The notes: a model not told the origin generated them from the sequence alone. A DNA stretch of 64,000 nt from Naegleria gruberi (GCA_000004985.1 GG738901.1); one strand, 5' to 3'; shown: positions 35,447 through 44,656, numbered from the stretch's first letter. Numbers and translations: made by a program.

Positions 35447-35899
35447 TTGGACCCATATTCTAATTTGCTCTTTGATTTGAGTTCTTTTCAAAGTTGGAGC
35501 ACTCTTTTTGATGAAACTAATTACTTTTGGAAGAAGGTTGTTGTTGGTTGGATCTGGCTTTGAAGATGAAGGATGAAGTGCTTCGTTTTGATGAATATCG
35601 CACCTTGCTTGGTGGTGATGAATTACCTTCAACTTTACATTACAAAATTCATTGCATTGACATGAAATATAGTAGTAAAGTTGAGGAGTTCCTACTTCAC
35701 ACTTATTGAATTCCTTTCTTTCTGAGTAAATGTCTTTCAATTCATAAATCATATTGTCCTTCATAACTGCTCGGCATAAAGAAGCTTGCTCAGTCACTTC
35801 ATGAACAGAGTGCACCTTCCATGGACGTTGTAAGTGGTTACAAATTCTATCGAACACATCTTGGTGCTCAATATTTGAGAGTAGTGGAGTATAACTCAT
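34691..35899 (-). CDS. Membrane-protein gene, copy A of a duplicated pair. It has a Cys-rich ectodomain, one TM segment and a GYPPQQ-like Q/P/Y-rich tail. Its 5' end is a chimeric fusion to a non-homologous upstream ORF.
   Basis: The 3' 750 nt are about 97% identical to copy B (38702..39487). Where B has its start codon and signal peptide, A reads ...KEQIRIWVQIASSLVVLLLLVSG. This is in frame with 150 upstream codons, MSYTPLLSNIEHQDVFDRICNHLQRPWK..., that have no counterpart in B. Confidence 0.55.
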   Translation of the reverse strand: MSYTPLLSNIEHQDVFDRICNHLQRPWKVHSVHEVTEQASLCRAVMKDNMIYELKDIYSERKEFNKCEVGTPQLYYYISCQCNEFCNVKLKVIHHHQARCDIHQNEALHPSSSKPDPTNNNLLPKVISFIKKSAPTLKRTQIKEQIRIWVQIASSLVVLLLLVSGAKISARLTTYGDNSLKGELSFSSLNESQVSAVQDSICCSVTGSTNYVYCLSGQTCCRKSGYSTCIASSYACCSSSQTCSSNVCVSNSYGDYDALGYGLGFGIPGFIIFIAIIIIVSAASRKRRLMMMRRAQEQQAAAAIGVATMPSTLVTAQPTMPPVTTVVIQNPGPGVYYPPQQQPYGQPYPPQQPYGQPMMTQQPYQPQYGQPMMVNQPPPTYVTPQPSYYTPPTNGNGQQTYV

Positions 35900-36799
35900 T
35901 CTATTTTTTTTGCTTGTTGTTGATGAATTGTTCCTTATTGTTGTTTTGTGGTTCTATTGCAAGATATATGTGTTGGTGTGTTGTGTGGTGTTTGTTGTAT
36001 CGTTAAGAATTTTTTTGATTGGTTGAACAATTGGCGCCATGTTTAATTTCCGTGTTTTGCCTTTTAGGAACAATAAAATTTGCTGTTTAAGAACAAAAAA
36101 TTGCAAATTAAGATGGATTTCTAAATTGTTCACAAATATGTACTTTACTGTGCTGGATGTAATGGAAAATAATGCTACTCAAATTAAGATATTAGACTTC
36201 CTTAAAAGTCAAAAAGACTAAGACACAAATTACAGTTTCAAGCGAGGAGCAGGGGTAGAAATCTTACTTTTAATTTAGGGTTCATCAAAAAATTGCGAAA
36301 TAATTGGGGTAAACAACATTATTTATTTATTTATTTCTTCTTTCGTGCTCTACTAGAGTTTCTCTTTACTGCTTCTTCAAATTGTGAATTCTTTGGTCCA
36401 CGTTTTTGTTTCTATAGCGGTTCTTCTTGTTCCAATTCCTTCTCTTGTTAAGGCTATGGAATTATCGTTGCTGAGAAAGTCTTCTTCACTTTTTCTTTGT
36501 TATGATGGGGTGAAGTACAAAATAATTGTATCGTGCTGGTTGTTGTGGATTAATCTTCCTTTCTATTTACAAAAGTGTATAACCAATTACCATCTCTACT
36601 AAGGTAATATATCCTTTAGTAATTTCTTGATGGAAATAGCTCTTGGCATTCATGAAGCGAAGGTAAGGTGTTTTATTGTAGGTGCAGTGGAAACATTTGG
36701 GAGTGCCTGCTTTTGTTTTGGTAGAGGATTTGGTTCCTTGAGGTTTTTTTAAATATTTACAACAAAGAACACAGCAGAAGAGGTTTTCGAAAAGATAAG

Positions 36800-36945
36800 A
36801 ACAGATTCGTGACAACAACTTACAACAGTTGGATGGAAAACGATGCATTCGGTCAACTCTGGGAGAAAGACTCACTGAATTATCTGAGATTATTGTGTGC
36901 CTCCTTTAGGTCTGATCCCCCAAGCTCTTTTCCATCTAATCGAGA
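36800..36945. repeat. Diverged ~150-bp repeat unit, copy 1, with a partner at 37545..37690.
   Basis: caacagttggatggaaaacgatgcattcggtcaactctgggagaaagactcactgaattatctgagattattgtgtgcctcctttaggtctgatcccccaagctct matches caactcttggttagaaaacgatgcggttcaagaactttgggaacaaaactcaatcaattattgtgttcctccaataggtctgataccacaagctct at about 70% identity. The two copies are ~745 bp apart between the duplicated genes. Confidence 0.5.
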
Positions 36946-37544
36946 GCGAACGGAACTTTTGAAGTGCTGTAGTGGCCAACTTCTCATTGGTTCTCAATAC
37001 TATTAAGGATTTCCTTAAAAGTGAGAAAGGTTCCAAGAATGCTTAGTGTGGATCCATACACCGAATTGTTCAACAAATTCGAAGTTTATGGAGCTTTCCA
37101 ATGGTTCGTAGTGATTCACAATATTCCAAGATCCAATCCTCATACAATAGAATACTTTGCAACTTACCTTTCAGAAAGGGTATGTTTTAAACAATTTGAA
37201 GCCAGCTCTTCAATCTTTTGTAGACGTTGAAGGTTGGAAACTTAATGTTCCCAATGGTTTTGCTAGACTAAAGAAAGGACTTTCATAAGGGTTACTACAT
37301 TGTTGATAGAAAGAAACTAAAAAATAAATGGAGTTTCAGCTTATGATATTAAGAATTATATTGATTCCGTGGCTTCCCATAATGAATTCACAGAATGTGG
37401 CAGGAGAATTGCAAAAGTATTTTTCATTCCATCAGAGAAAAATTCAATTGCATACAAACTTTGCTAAGCCTTTTAAGCGATTGGAAATCATCACCAGAAT
37501 TGATAAGTATGGTAGAAAAAGAATGCGGAAACCACACCATCGAC

Positions 37545-37690
37545 AGATTTGCAACATCAGAGTAGGCAACGACAATCCAATTCAACTCTTGGTTAGAAAA
37601 CGATGCGGTTCAAGAACTTTGGGAACAAAACTCAATCAATTATTGTGTTCCTCCAATAGGTCTGATACCACAAGCTCTATTTCACTTGAT
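37545..37690. repeat. Diverged ~150-bp repeat unit, copy 2.
   Basis: See the copy-1 entry. No intact ORF or domain is associated with it. Confidence 0.5.
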
Positions 37691-38160
37691 CCCATCAAAG
37701 GATATAGCAACATTCGTAGTTCCTTTTTGGCTAACAGCTTACTGATCTTGCTAAAGATATCTTTTGAACAGAGAAGTGTTCCGCTCCAATGGCTTATAAC
37801 AGAGCATTACAACGAACTGCACAAACTATCAGGCAATCTTTAGTTCATGGCAGTCAAAGTGAATGGAATGCTCTCCTTTCAATGAGATTTCAGGCTTTAT
37901 CTACTGCTCTTGCAGAATCCACAGTCAAAAAGTATTCTTTAACTTATTCAGAATTTTCTTATTTCTGTCTACTCCATTATTTTAAAACATTCAGAAATTA
38001 GAGCCCCACCCTCTTGCAGTTCACAAAAAGCTCTACAGGTTGAATAATTTGAAACCTACGTTAGATTTCTATTCAAATTTGGAAGGATGGATCCGTAAAT
38101 TATTCCAATCAATTCTAGAATTCAAACAAGGTTTGAATAAGTTTTATTCACGAGCTGATA

Positions 38161-38427
38161 TTGACACTTGATACTCCTTTTATCAGTTGGGTTTCTTTTG
38201 ATCTTTCTGGTCACAAAACAGACCAAAATTTGACAGATGAAGAAACTCCTATTGAGGAAATAAGAAATACTGTCCAGTTTATAACCTTAGAAGATACATG
38301 GATTATGCCAGATCGTGAGATGAAAATTTTAAGGATTTGGCAATTATTGAATAAAGACTTGATGTTATTTGAAAAGATTTCAAAGTTGGCTCAATCTTCA
38401 GCTAATTATCAAAAGATTGATGTTTGA
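38161..38427 (+). pseudogene. Diverged fragment paralogous to the 3' end of the broken + strand gene (34330..34630).
   Basis: ORF of 88 aa. ...NTVQFITLEDTWIMPDREMKILRIWQLLNKDLMLFEKISKLAQSSANYQKIDV parallels copy-A ...EKIITFLFEQPPLFHQMLARYIPDRINENLLKIIEKYVGNNNSYYQRNQIAIS. Nucleotide similarity continues into the shared 3' flank (aaaaatgtcaatgct...ctttaagattataag). Confidence 0.35.
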
Positions 38428-38619
38428 TTTCTTGTGTTGTTTCAAAATAAAGAACTTTAAAACACAAAAAAGTTGTTTTGAGACAGCTGGTAATTGGGTG
38501 CCTAATTCAAAAGTGAGATTGAGATATCAACGTAGAATTGGCCTTGCTACTCATGGTTTAACTACTTCTATTATGAGAACTGATTAATTGTATATATAAA
38601 TAGAAAAATGTCAATGCTG

Positions 38620-39460
38620 CTACTAGTTCAACTTTAAGATTATAAGAAACCGTTTCTCTTCTTAAGAATGTTGTTATCGGGTTGACTGATTAATGTTTAA
38701 TTTATACATAAGTTTGTTGACCATTTCCATTGGTAGGAGGAGTATAATAAGAAGGTTGTGGAGTAACATAGGTTGGTGGTGGTTGATTGGCCATCATTGG
38801 TTGACCGTATTGTGGTTGATAAGGTTGTTGAGTCATCATTGGTTGACCATATGGTTGTTGTGGTGGATATTGTTGACCATAAGGTTGTTGTTGAGGTGGA
38901 TAATAAACACCAGGTCCAGGATTTTGAATAACAACTGTAGTACCACCACTGACAGGTGGCATTGTTGGTTGAGCAGTGACAAGAGTAGAAGGCATTGTTG
39001 CTACTCCAACGGCAGCTGCTGCTTGTTGTTCTTGAGCTCTTCTCATCATCATAAGTCTTCTCTTTCTAGAAGCAGCACTAACAATAATGATAATTGCAAT
39101 AAATATTATGAAACCTGGAATTCCAAATCCTAAACCATATCCTAAAGCATCATAATCTCCATAACTATTCGAAACGCAAACATTGGAAGAACAAGTTTGT
39201 GAAGAGGAACAACATGCATAACTAGAAGCAATACATGTTGAATAACCAGATTTTCTACAACAAGTTTGTCCAGATAAGCAATAAACATAATTAGTGGAAC
39301 CTGTCACTGAGCAACAAATACTATCTTGAACAGCTGACACTTGGCTTTCATTGAGAGATGAGAAAGAAAGTTCCCCCTTTAATGAATTATCATCATAAGT
39401 TGTCAAACGGGCAGAGATTTTGGCACCTGACACGAGGAGTAATAACACAACTAGTGAGCT
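38620..39460. repeat. Segmental duplication, copy B.
   Basis: See the copy-A repeat entry. Confidence 0.8.
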
Positions 39461-39487
39461 GGTAATTAGGACGAGAATTGATTTCAT
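38702..39487 (-). CDS. Membrane-protein gene, copy B. It has a signal peptide, a Cys-rich ectodomain, one TM segment and a GYPPQQ-like Q/P/Y-rich cytoplasmic tail with a PPxY motif.
   Basis: The start is ATG 39487..39485, encoding MKSILVLITSSLVVLLLLVSGAKISA. The ectodomain has about 20 Cys (CCSVTGSTNYVYCLSGQTCCRKSGYSTCIASSYACCSSSQTCSSNVCVSN). The TM segment is GFGIPGFIIFIAIIIIVSAA, followed by an RKRRLMMMRR stop-transfer. The tail reads VYYPPQQQPYGQQYPPQQPYGQPMM...PPPTYVTPQPSYYTPP. Compared with copy A it carries a 12-nt SGGT-coding insertion. Confidence 0.7.
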   Translation of the reverse strand: MKSILVLITSSLVVLLLLVSGAKISARLTTYDDNSLKGELSFSSLNESQVSAVQDSICCSVTGSTNYVYCLSGQTCCRKSGYSTCIASSYACCSSSQTCSSNVCVSNSYGDYDALGYGLGFGIPGFIIFIAIIIIVSAASRKRRLMMMRRAQEQQAAAAVGVATMPSTLVTAQPTMPPVSGGTTVVIQNPGPGVYYPPQQQPYGQQYPPQQPYGQPMMTQQPYQPQYGQPMMANQPPPTYVTPQPSYYTPPTNGNGQQTYV

Positions 39488-40323
39488 TTTTTTTAATGGG
39501 GAAAAGTAAGAAGGAATTTATTTTGTTGATATTTACAACATAATGTTGATGAACCTGAGAGCTGCCTTTCAACAACATTCGAATAGCACTATGGTGGAAT
39601 AGAGATAGGAAGGTGAGGTGTCAATGTCAGCAGTATCTTTTGTTTGGTACTTTTTTAGACCCCAAGATTCGTTTAGGCTACGATACTTGCCAAAAATTAT
39701 GTTGTATTACGTTTTCTCAAGCCTGTTTGTGTTTCACAAAAAATAATTAGCGATTAATTTGAAAACTATATTTGTATTGATGTGTTTTGAATTCGTCCAA
39801 AAAGTAGTGAGGTGTTGTGACATTAATTTCTACTTGTTGTTGCATAGAATTGTTTTTCAGTGTAGTTTTACACTCTAACTCTATCGATTCAATCAATTGA
39901 TTGATCTACATACAACAGTGAAAGATTTTGACAATTCCTTACGATTATCTCTAAAATAATTATTGAACCAAAAACTTGTTTTATTGTTCTGGTATTAAAA
40001 ATTGAACAAATGCTCAATACTATTGCTCAATTTCTTAGTCTTTTTTTGAATGTCTTGTGATATTCAGGGTGAGAGGATCTGTGACAGGGCTTTTTTATGA
40101 TGACCAAACACTGTTAAGTTGACAAGCAAACATCTTTAGTAAACTATTTTTAACAGATATTCAGTTCTCAAAACCATAACATTTAAACTTTTTCAATTTT
40201 TACGAATTCAATAAGGAAAACAAATTCGAATAGAATTTCAATTCGTTCTAAAAATCTTTGTCATTAAGTTCACTATTCACATGTCCAGCACCATGAACTT
40301 GATTCCAAAAATCATTAAAAAAA

Positions 40324-41808
40324 ATGCTTAAAATCAGTTCTACTACTGCCTTCACGACTCGCTCACCAACAATCAAACAACAATTGCAAAAACAAATCTT
40401 TTCCGATGATATTTGCTTTGAAATTTTATCATTTCTTGATTTTAAATTTATTCTAACGAATTGTTGTTTAATTTCTCATCAGTGGGAGAATGTCATCAAT
40501 GTACAATCTAATTTATCAGTCATTTTCAATAATCAAAAAGTGACGAATGAATTTATTGATAAATTAATGAAAAATAGTTATTTGAAACGTTTCGTTTCGT
40601 TGAAAACTAGAGAAAGAAGCTTTTTGCATGATCGAGAAAAAGTTTTGAAACTTGTTGGAATGATGCAGAATTTGAAATCACTCTCCATTGTTGGTAATGG
40701 ATTAGTGGATGAACATTTGAAAGAAATTAGTGAAATGAAAGGTTTAACTTTACTCGATGTGAGTGAGAATAAGTTTGGAAAGGAAGGTGCGGAAAAAATT
40801 AGTGGAATGGTTGGATTGACCACATTGAATATTAATGATAATTATATACTTGATGAAGGGGCTAAATTCATTGGAACGATGAAACAATTGACCTTGTTGA
40901 AAATGAAATATTGTGAAATTAGAGAAGAAGGTGCGAGAGCAATAAGTGAATTGAAAAATTTAACATTTCTCAATCTGCATGGTAATTTTATAGGTGATAA
41001 AGGAGCCAGCTATATAAGTGAAATGGTCAATCTGACACATCTCAATGTTGGTAGCACCCAATTGACAGCTGAAGGGGCAAGACATGTTAGTGGACTCAAA
41101 AATCTGAAATCTCTATTGATTCATACCAATCAAATTGGACATCAAGGAGCAAAGTGGATTAGTACAATGAAAGATCTGGAAGGGTTGACTTCACTTGATG
41201 TTAGTGGAAACTCCATTCTTGATCAAGGAGTACAATATTTGAGTGAAATGTCAAATCTGACACATTTAGATATTGGAAGTAATCATGTTGGAGTTAAAGG
41301 AATTGAATCAATTATTGGAATGAAAGGATTAATCTCGCTAAATGTCAGTAGTAATGATTTGGGATCATCAGGAGCAAAGTTAATCAGTGGAATGTCAAAT
41401 TTAACCTCACTAAACATTTCAGCCAATCGACTATTAGGTGAAGGAGCTAAATTTATTGGAGAAATGCATAACGTAACAATATTAGTTATCAGAAACAATG
41501 ATATTGGTGATGAAGGAGCCAAATTCATTTGTAAAATGAAACAATTGAAATCTCTCAATGCTGTGTATAATAGAATATCTTCGAAAGGATTTGAATCAAT
41601 AAGTGAAATGAAACAATTAACATCACTTGATATTGGTTACAACAGTATTGACTCAAAAGGAGCTAAATCTGTTCGCAAATTGAAAAATTTGACTTCTCTC
41701 AATGTCAGAAGTAATATGATAGATGATGAAGGATTGAAAGCTATTGGTCAACTCAAAATTCCTTATCTAACCACTGGATATCAACAAGCAAAACAATCCA
41801 ATAATTAA
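40324..41808 (+). CDS. F-box plus leucine-rich-repeat protein with ribonuclease-inhibitor-like LRRs.
   Basis: ORF of 494 aa. The N-terminal motif is F-box-like (IFSDDICFEILSFLDFKFILTNCCLISHQWENVIN). It is followed by about 14 units of about 28 aa built on LxxLxxLxLxxNxIGxxGAxxIxxM. Confidence 0.75.
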   Translation: MLKISSTTAFTTRSPTIKQQLQKQIFSDDICFEILSFLDFKFILTNCCLISHQWENVINVQSNLSVIFNNQKVTNEFIDKLMKNSYLKRFVSLKTRERSFLHDREKVLKLVGMMQNLKSLSIVGNGLVDEHLKEISEMKGLTLLDVSENKFGKEGAEKISGMVGLTTLNINDNYILDEGAKFIGTMKQLTLLKMKYCEIREEGARAISELKNLTFLNLHGNFIGDKGASYISEMVNLTHLNVGSTQLTAEGARHVSGLKNLKSLLIHTNQIGHQGAKWISTMKDLEGLTSLDVSGNSILDQGVQYLSEMSNLTHLDIGSNHVGVKGIESIIGMKGLISLNVSSNDLGSSGAKLISGMSNLTSLNISANRLLGEGAKFIGEMHNVTILVIRNNDIGDEGAKFICKMKQLKSLNAVYNRISSKGFESISEMKQLTSLDIGYNSIDSKGAKSVRKLKNLTSLNVRSNMIDDEGLKAIGQLKIPYLTTGYQQAKQSNN

Positions 41809-41893
41809 CTAAAATGTATGAATGCGAATAAACTTGGGCTTTCACATGTTGTTGTTATCAATTAGAAACCAAGAAAAATGTTTAAAAATATTT

Positions 41894-41964
41894 CTCCCCC
41901 TGGTGGGTTGAATATCGACCTGCAGATTAACAGTCTGACGCTCTACCGACTGAGCTAAGGGGGA
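41894..41964 (-). tRNA. tRNA-Asn(GUU)-like gene with an aberrant, shortened T-arm. It may be a pseudogene.
   Basis: The minus strand reads TCCCCCT-TA-GCTC-AGTCGGTA-GAGC-G-TCAGA-CTGTTAA-TCTGC-AGGTC-GATATTCAACCCACC-AGGGGGA-G. The acceptor stem is perfect over 7 bp. The D-arm is canonical (A-box TAGCTCAGTCGGTAGAGC). The anticodon loop is CTGTTAA. The T-arm region is only 15 nt, has no GGTTCGANTCC B-box and forms no 5-bp stem. Confidence 0.45.
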
Positions 41965-42514
41965 TACATTCAGCAATAAAAAATATTTATAATATTCGAT
42001 GGAAAAAACTGTTTCTTTCCATTTTTGGAATTAACAGCCAAAGAGGTAAATATAATCAATTCGGTTTATCAATTAATAAAACAAAAAATCTGATTTCCTT
42101 CATTGCATTGTAATCATTGCCCTTCTCAGACCAATCAAAATTTGTCCAACCCATGCACAAACTCCTTGAGTATTACAACTTTCGAATAATATGACTGAAT
42201 TTCTTAGCTCATTCCCAAAATCTCATTCACCTCTTATTCATCAAAAACACATCCACAATCCATACAATAACCAAAACTCACTCATCAATATCTTCAAGTT
42301 CATTCCTTTAATCTTCTATCTGTCTTCCATTATCTAAAACCAATTACACCTTCTAATTTTCATCATCTATGTAACCCAACAAGAAGTAAACTAATCACCT
42401 TGGGTAATCAAATTGCTGGGGGAACCTGTCAAATTCTGAGTCAACTAAACTTCATTTGAACCTTTTAGAGGTTGCAGTAAATCGGTTTTTCATTGCAATT
42501 CGAAACAAAAAAAA

Positions 42515-43119
42515 ATGAGAGAAAGTGGCGTAGTAAGTATTTGCATCTTGTGAAAACAATCTCACAAACTGTCTTTCTCATTACCCAAATGGTTTCTAAT
42601 ATACTTTCGAATAATAACAATATCGTTTTGTGATGATCATTATTAATAGGCTTATCTTCTTTGGTTAGGTTGTTGTATTGGATTCTTCGGTTTGCACCGT
42701 TTCTATTTGGACTCTGTCATTTTGGGTGTCATCTGGTTCTGTACTGCTGGTTTGTTCGGCTTTGGTCAATTGATTGATCTTAGTAAGTAATCTTATTTCT
42801 AATATATGATGATTTAACCATTATCTATTACTCACACTAACACACATTCCAACTTTCTCTGTTACGAAAATCAACTTTCGAATAACAATTTAATTCTAAA
42901 GTCCTCATCCCAGGTATGGTCGATGAATGTAACCGTAAATATGGTACTCCACAAGTTACCACTGCTGTTACCAACGTAACAACTTATCAAACTCAACCAC
43001 AAGTCCAACAACCATACGTCCCACCACAACAAGCATATTATCCACCACAACAAGGTTATGTTCCTCCACAACAAGGATATGCTCAACAACCTGCTGTTAA
43101 TGTTTATGTTCAACAATAA
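42515..43119 (+). CDS. TM2-domain protein with a GYPPQQ-like C-terminal tail. Exons are 42515..42532, 42650..42782 and 42914..43119.
   Basis: Exon 2 encodes [44 protein letters not shown], which is the TM2-domain signature (GxHRFYLG...G..Q.....G). Exon 3 encodes ...[27 protein letters not shown]. The introns at 42533..42649 and 42783..42913 have GTAAGT donors and phases 0/1 consistent with ORF 42916. The 6-codon first exon MRESGV is tentative. Confidence 0.6.
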
Positions 43120-43249
43120 ATATTATTAAATAATTTTAATTATGATGATGAAATATTGTTTTGTTTCGAATAGTGCTAAAGAAGACTAATGGATTGTGAA
43201 GAAAAGTTAAGAAGGGTGATGATGGATCCATCAGAATATACAATAAAAA

Positions 43250-43570
43250 ATGATGTTAAGAAGGAGAGCAGAAGATGAGTTGCAACTCTCAGCAACCATC
43301 ATCAAGGTTGAAAATCTCCAAACAGATCCCAAGTAAGTTTATTGCTTTATTCGAAAGTTGCCAACAACCCACATCAACAGCTCTGTCTATGCCATCCTAA
43401 CTTTCAATCAGGTCCAAAAGAAAGTTTCAACAGCCGACAAAAACCTCGAAGGAAAGAATAGTTACGAATGGTCTGACAATAACAATGTGCTCTTCAAGGA
43501 AATTCCAGAATTTTGCAATGAAAGACTCAAAATTGAAGTGAGGGATAAACAATCGGATAAGTTAATGTAA
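43250..43570 (+). CDS. Small C2-like domain protein of about 90 aa. Exons are 43250..43332 and 43381..43570.
   Basis: Exon 1 encodes MMLRRRAEDELQLSATIIKVENLQTDP. A 48-nt intron at 43333..43380 has a GTAAGT donor and acatcaacag acceptor, in phase 2. Exon 2 encodes NSVYAILTFNQVQKKVSTADKNLEGKNSYEW...LKIEVRDKQSDKLM. The pattern L.V.I..A.NL...D...S.Y..L......KT.V.....NP.W.E.F.F.V is C2-like. Confidence 0.4.
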
Positions 43571-43766
43571 GGATTTTATGGATCTCAACTTATCTAATCA
43601 AATTGATTTATTTCATTACTATATTATTAATTGATATGATTTTAATGTCGTGCAATGATCATCATCATCAGGAATTAATTTATTATTTTAATTGATGATG
43701 ATCAAATTTATTTCCGAATGATCGATCAATTGAATGTAATATTAATAATAATAATACTATGTATTG

Positions 43767-44480
43767 ATAATGATGAAAATGGATATATATTGGAAAATTA
43801 GAGGAATGACCACAACCTCACTTGAATCATTACCAAAGAATTTGGAAATTACACGTAAACTCAAACTCTACGATACCAAGAATGCAGTTGTTCACTTGAG
43901 GATGAAAGCAATTGGATTTGGAGTTGAGCAACGTTTGTTTGAGGTTCACTCTAAAATAATGCCCTTCCTCAGATCTATTCACACACCAACTGATGCCATG
44001 AGAAATGTTGTCATTATTCCAATGACAATGGAGAATTTCTTTGGATTGGAGCCAGCTATTGAGGCATTGAAGAAGATTAGAGAGAGAAGTTCTCCAGTGG
44101 CTACTCATGCTCTCTTTCCAGTCTTGTTGATTTTCCCTGGAAAGTATTTAGTGAGAGAGACCATTAAATTGACAGCTGCTTTGAATGGTTTGGTAATTTT
44201 TGGAATTACTGACAGTAAAGATAGTAGAGTTGAAATTATTCCATACAAGAAGAGTGAACCAATATTTGATTTATCAGTTGATGTGAATATTATTCACATG
44301 CATGGGTTGACTTTTGAGGCAGATAGTTTGTGTGTTAAGGCAATTAATCCAACAACTAAATTGGAAGCCTACTCGTGTGATTTATCAAAGATTTGGCCAC
44401 CTAATAGTAGTGTTGCTGATATTGTAAATTATGAATTCTTTGGAGAGGAAAATATGGACGAAGAAGAAGGTTTCTACTAG
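43767..44480 (+). CDS. Hypothetical 238-aa protein immediately upstream of the PARG gene.
   Basis: An intact ORF. The mixed alpha/beta character (NVVIIPMTMENFFGLEPAIEALKK...LVIFGITDSKDSRVEIIPY) is inferred from residue pattern only. No family was recognised. Confidence 0.45.
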   Translation: MMMKMDIYWKIRGMTTTSLESLPKNLEITRKLKLYDTKNAVVHLRMKAIGFGVEQRLFEVHSKIMPFLRSIHTPTDAMRNVVIIPMTMENFFGLEPAIEALKKIRERSSPVATHALFPVLLIFPGKYLVRETIKLTAALNGLVIFGITDSKDSRVEIIPYKKSEPIFDLSVDVNIIHMHGLTFEADSLCVKAINPTTKLEAYSCDLSKIWPPNSSVADIVNYEFFGEENMDEEEGFY

Positions 44481-44656
44481 TAATATAAAAATTGTAATTG
44501 TATTACATGTCATTTCTTAACATTTTTATCTTGATCCAGTTAACTTTGTAAACCATTCAATAGAAGTCAATTAGACCTTCAAGTGTCAGAAGAAGATCAA
44601 TAGTAATCAAACTTAGTTCCAACTTCCTTAATTTACAATTTTCAAACTTTAAAAAA

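Noticed and set aside
36380-38000. ORFs of 60-170 aa in the interval between the duplicated genes (36384.., 36809.., 37021.., 37328.., 37789..)
   Set aside because: They have no domain signatures or codon-usage contrast, and no phase-consistent splicing between them. The region holds diverged repeats and is better read as decaying sequence.
34600-39500. The direct repeats could be LTRs of a retroelement
   Set aside because: The repeats encode a conserved secreted/TM protein and its UTR. They lack TG...CA termini. The 3-kb interior has no RT, integrase or gag ORFs. Gene duplication explains the structure better.
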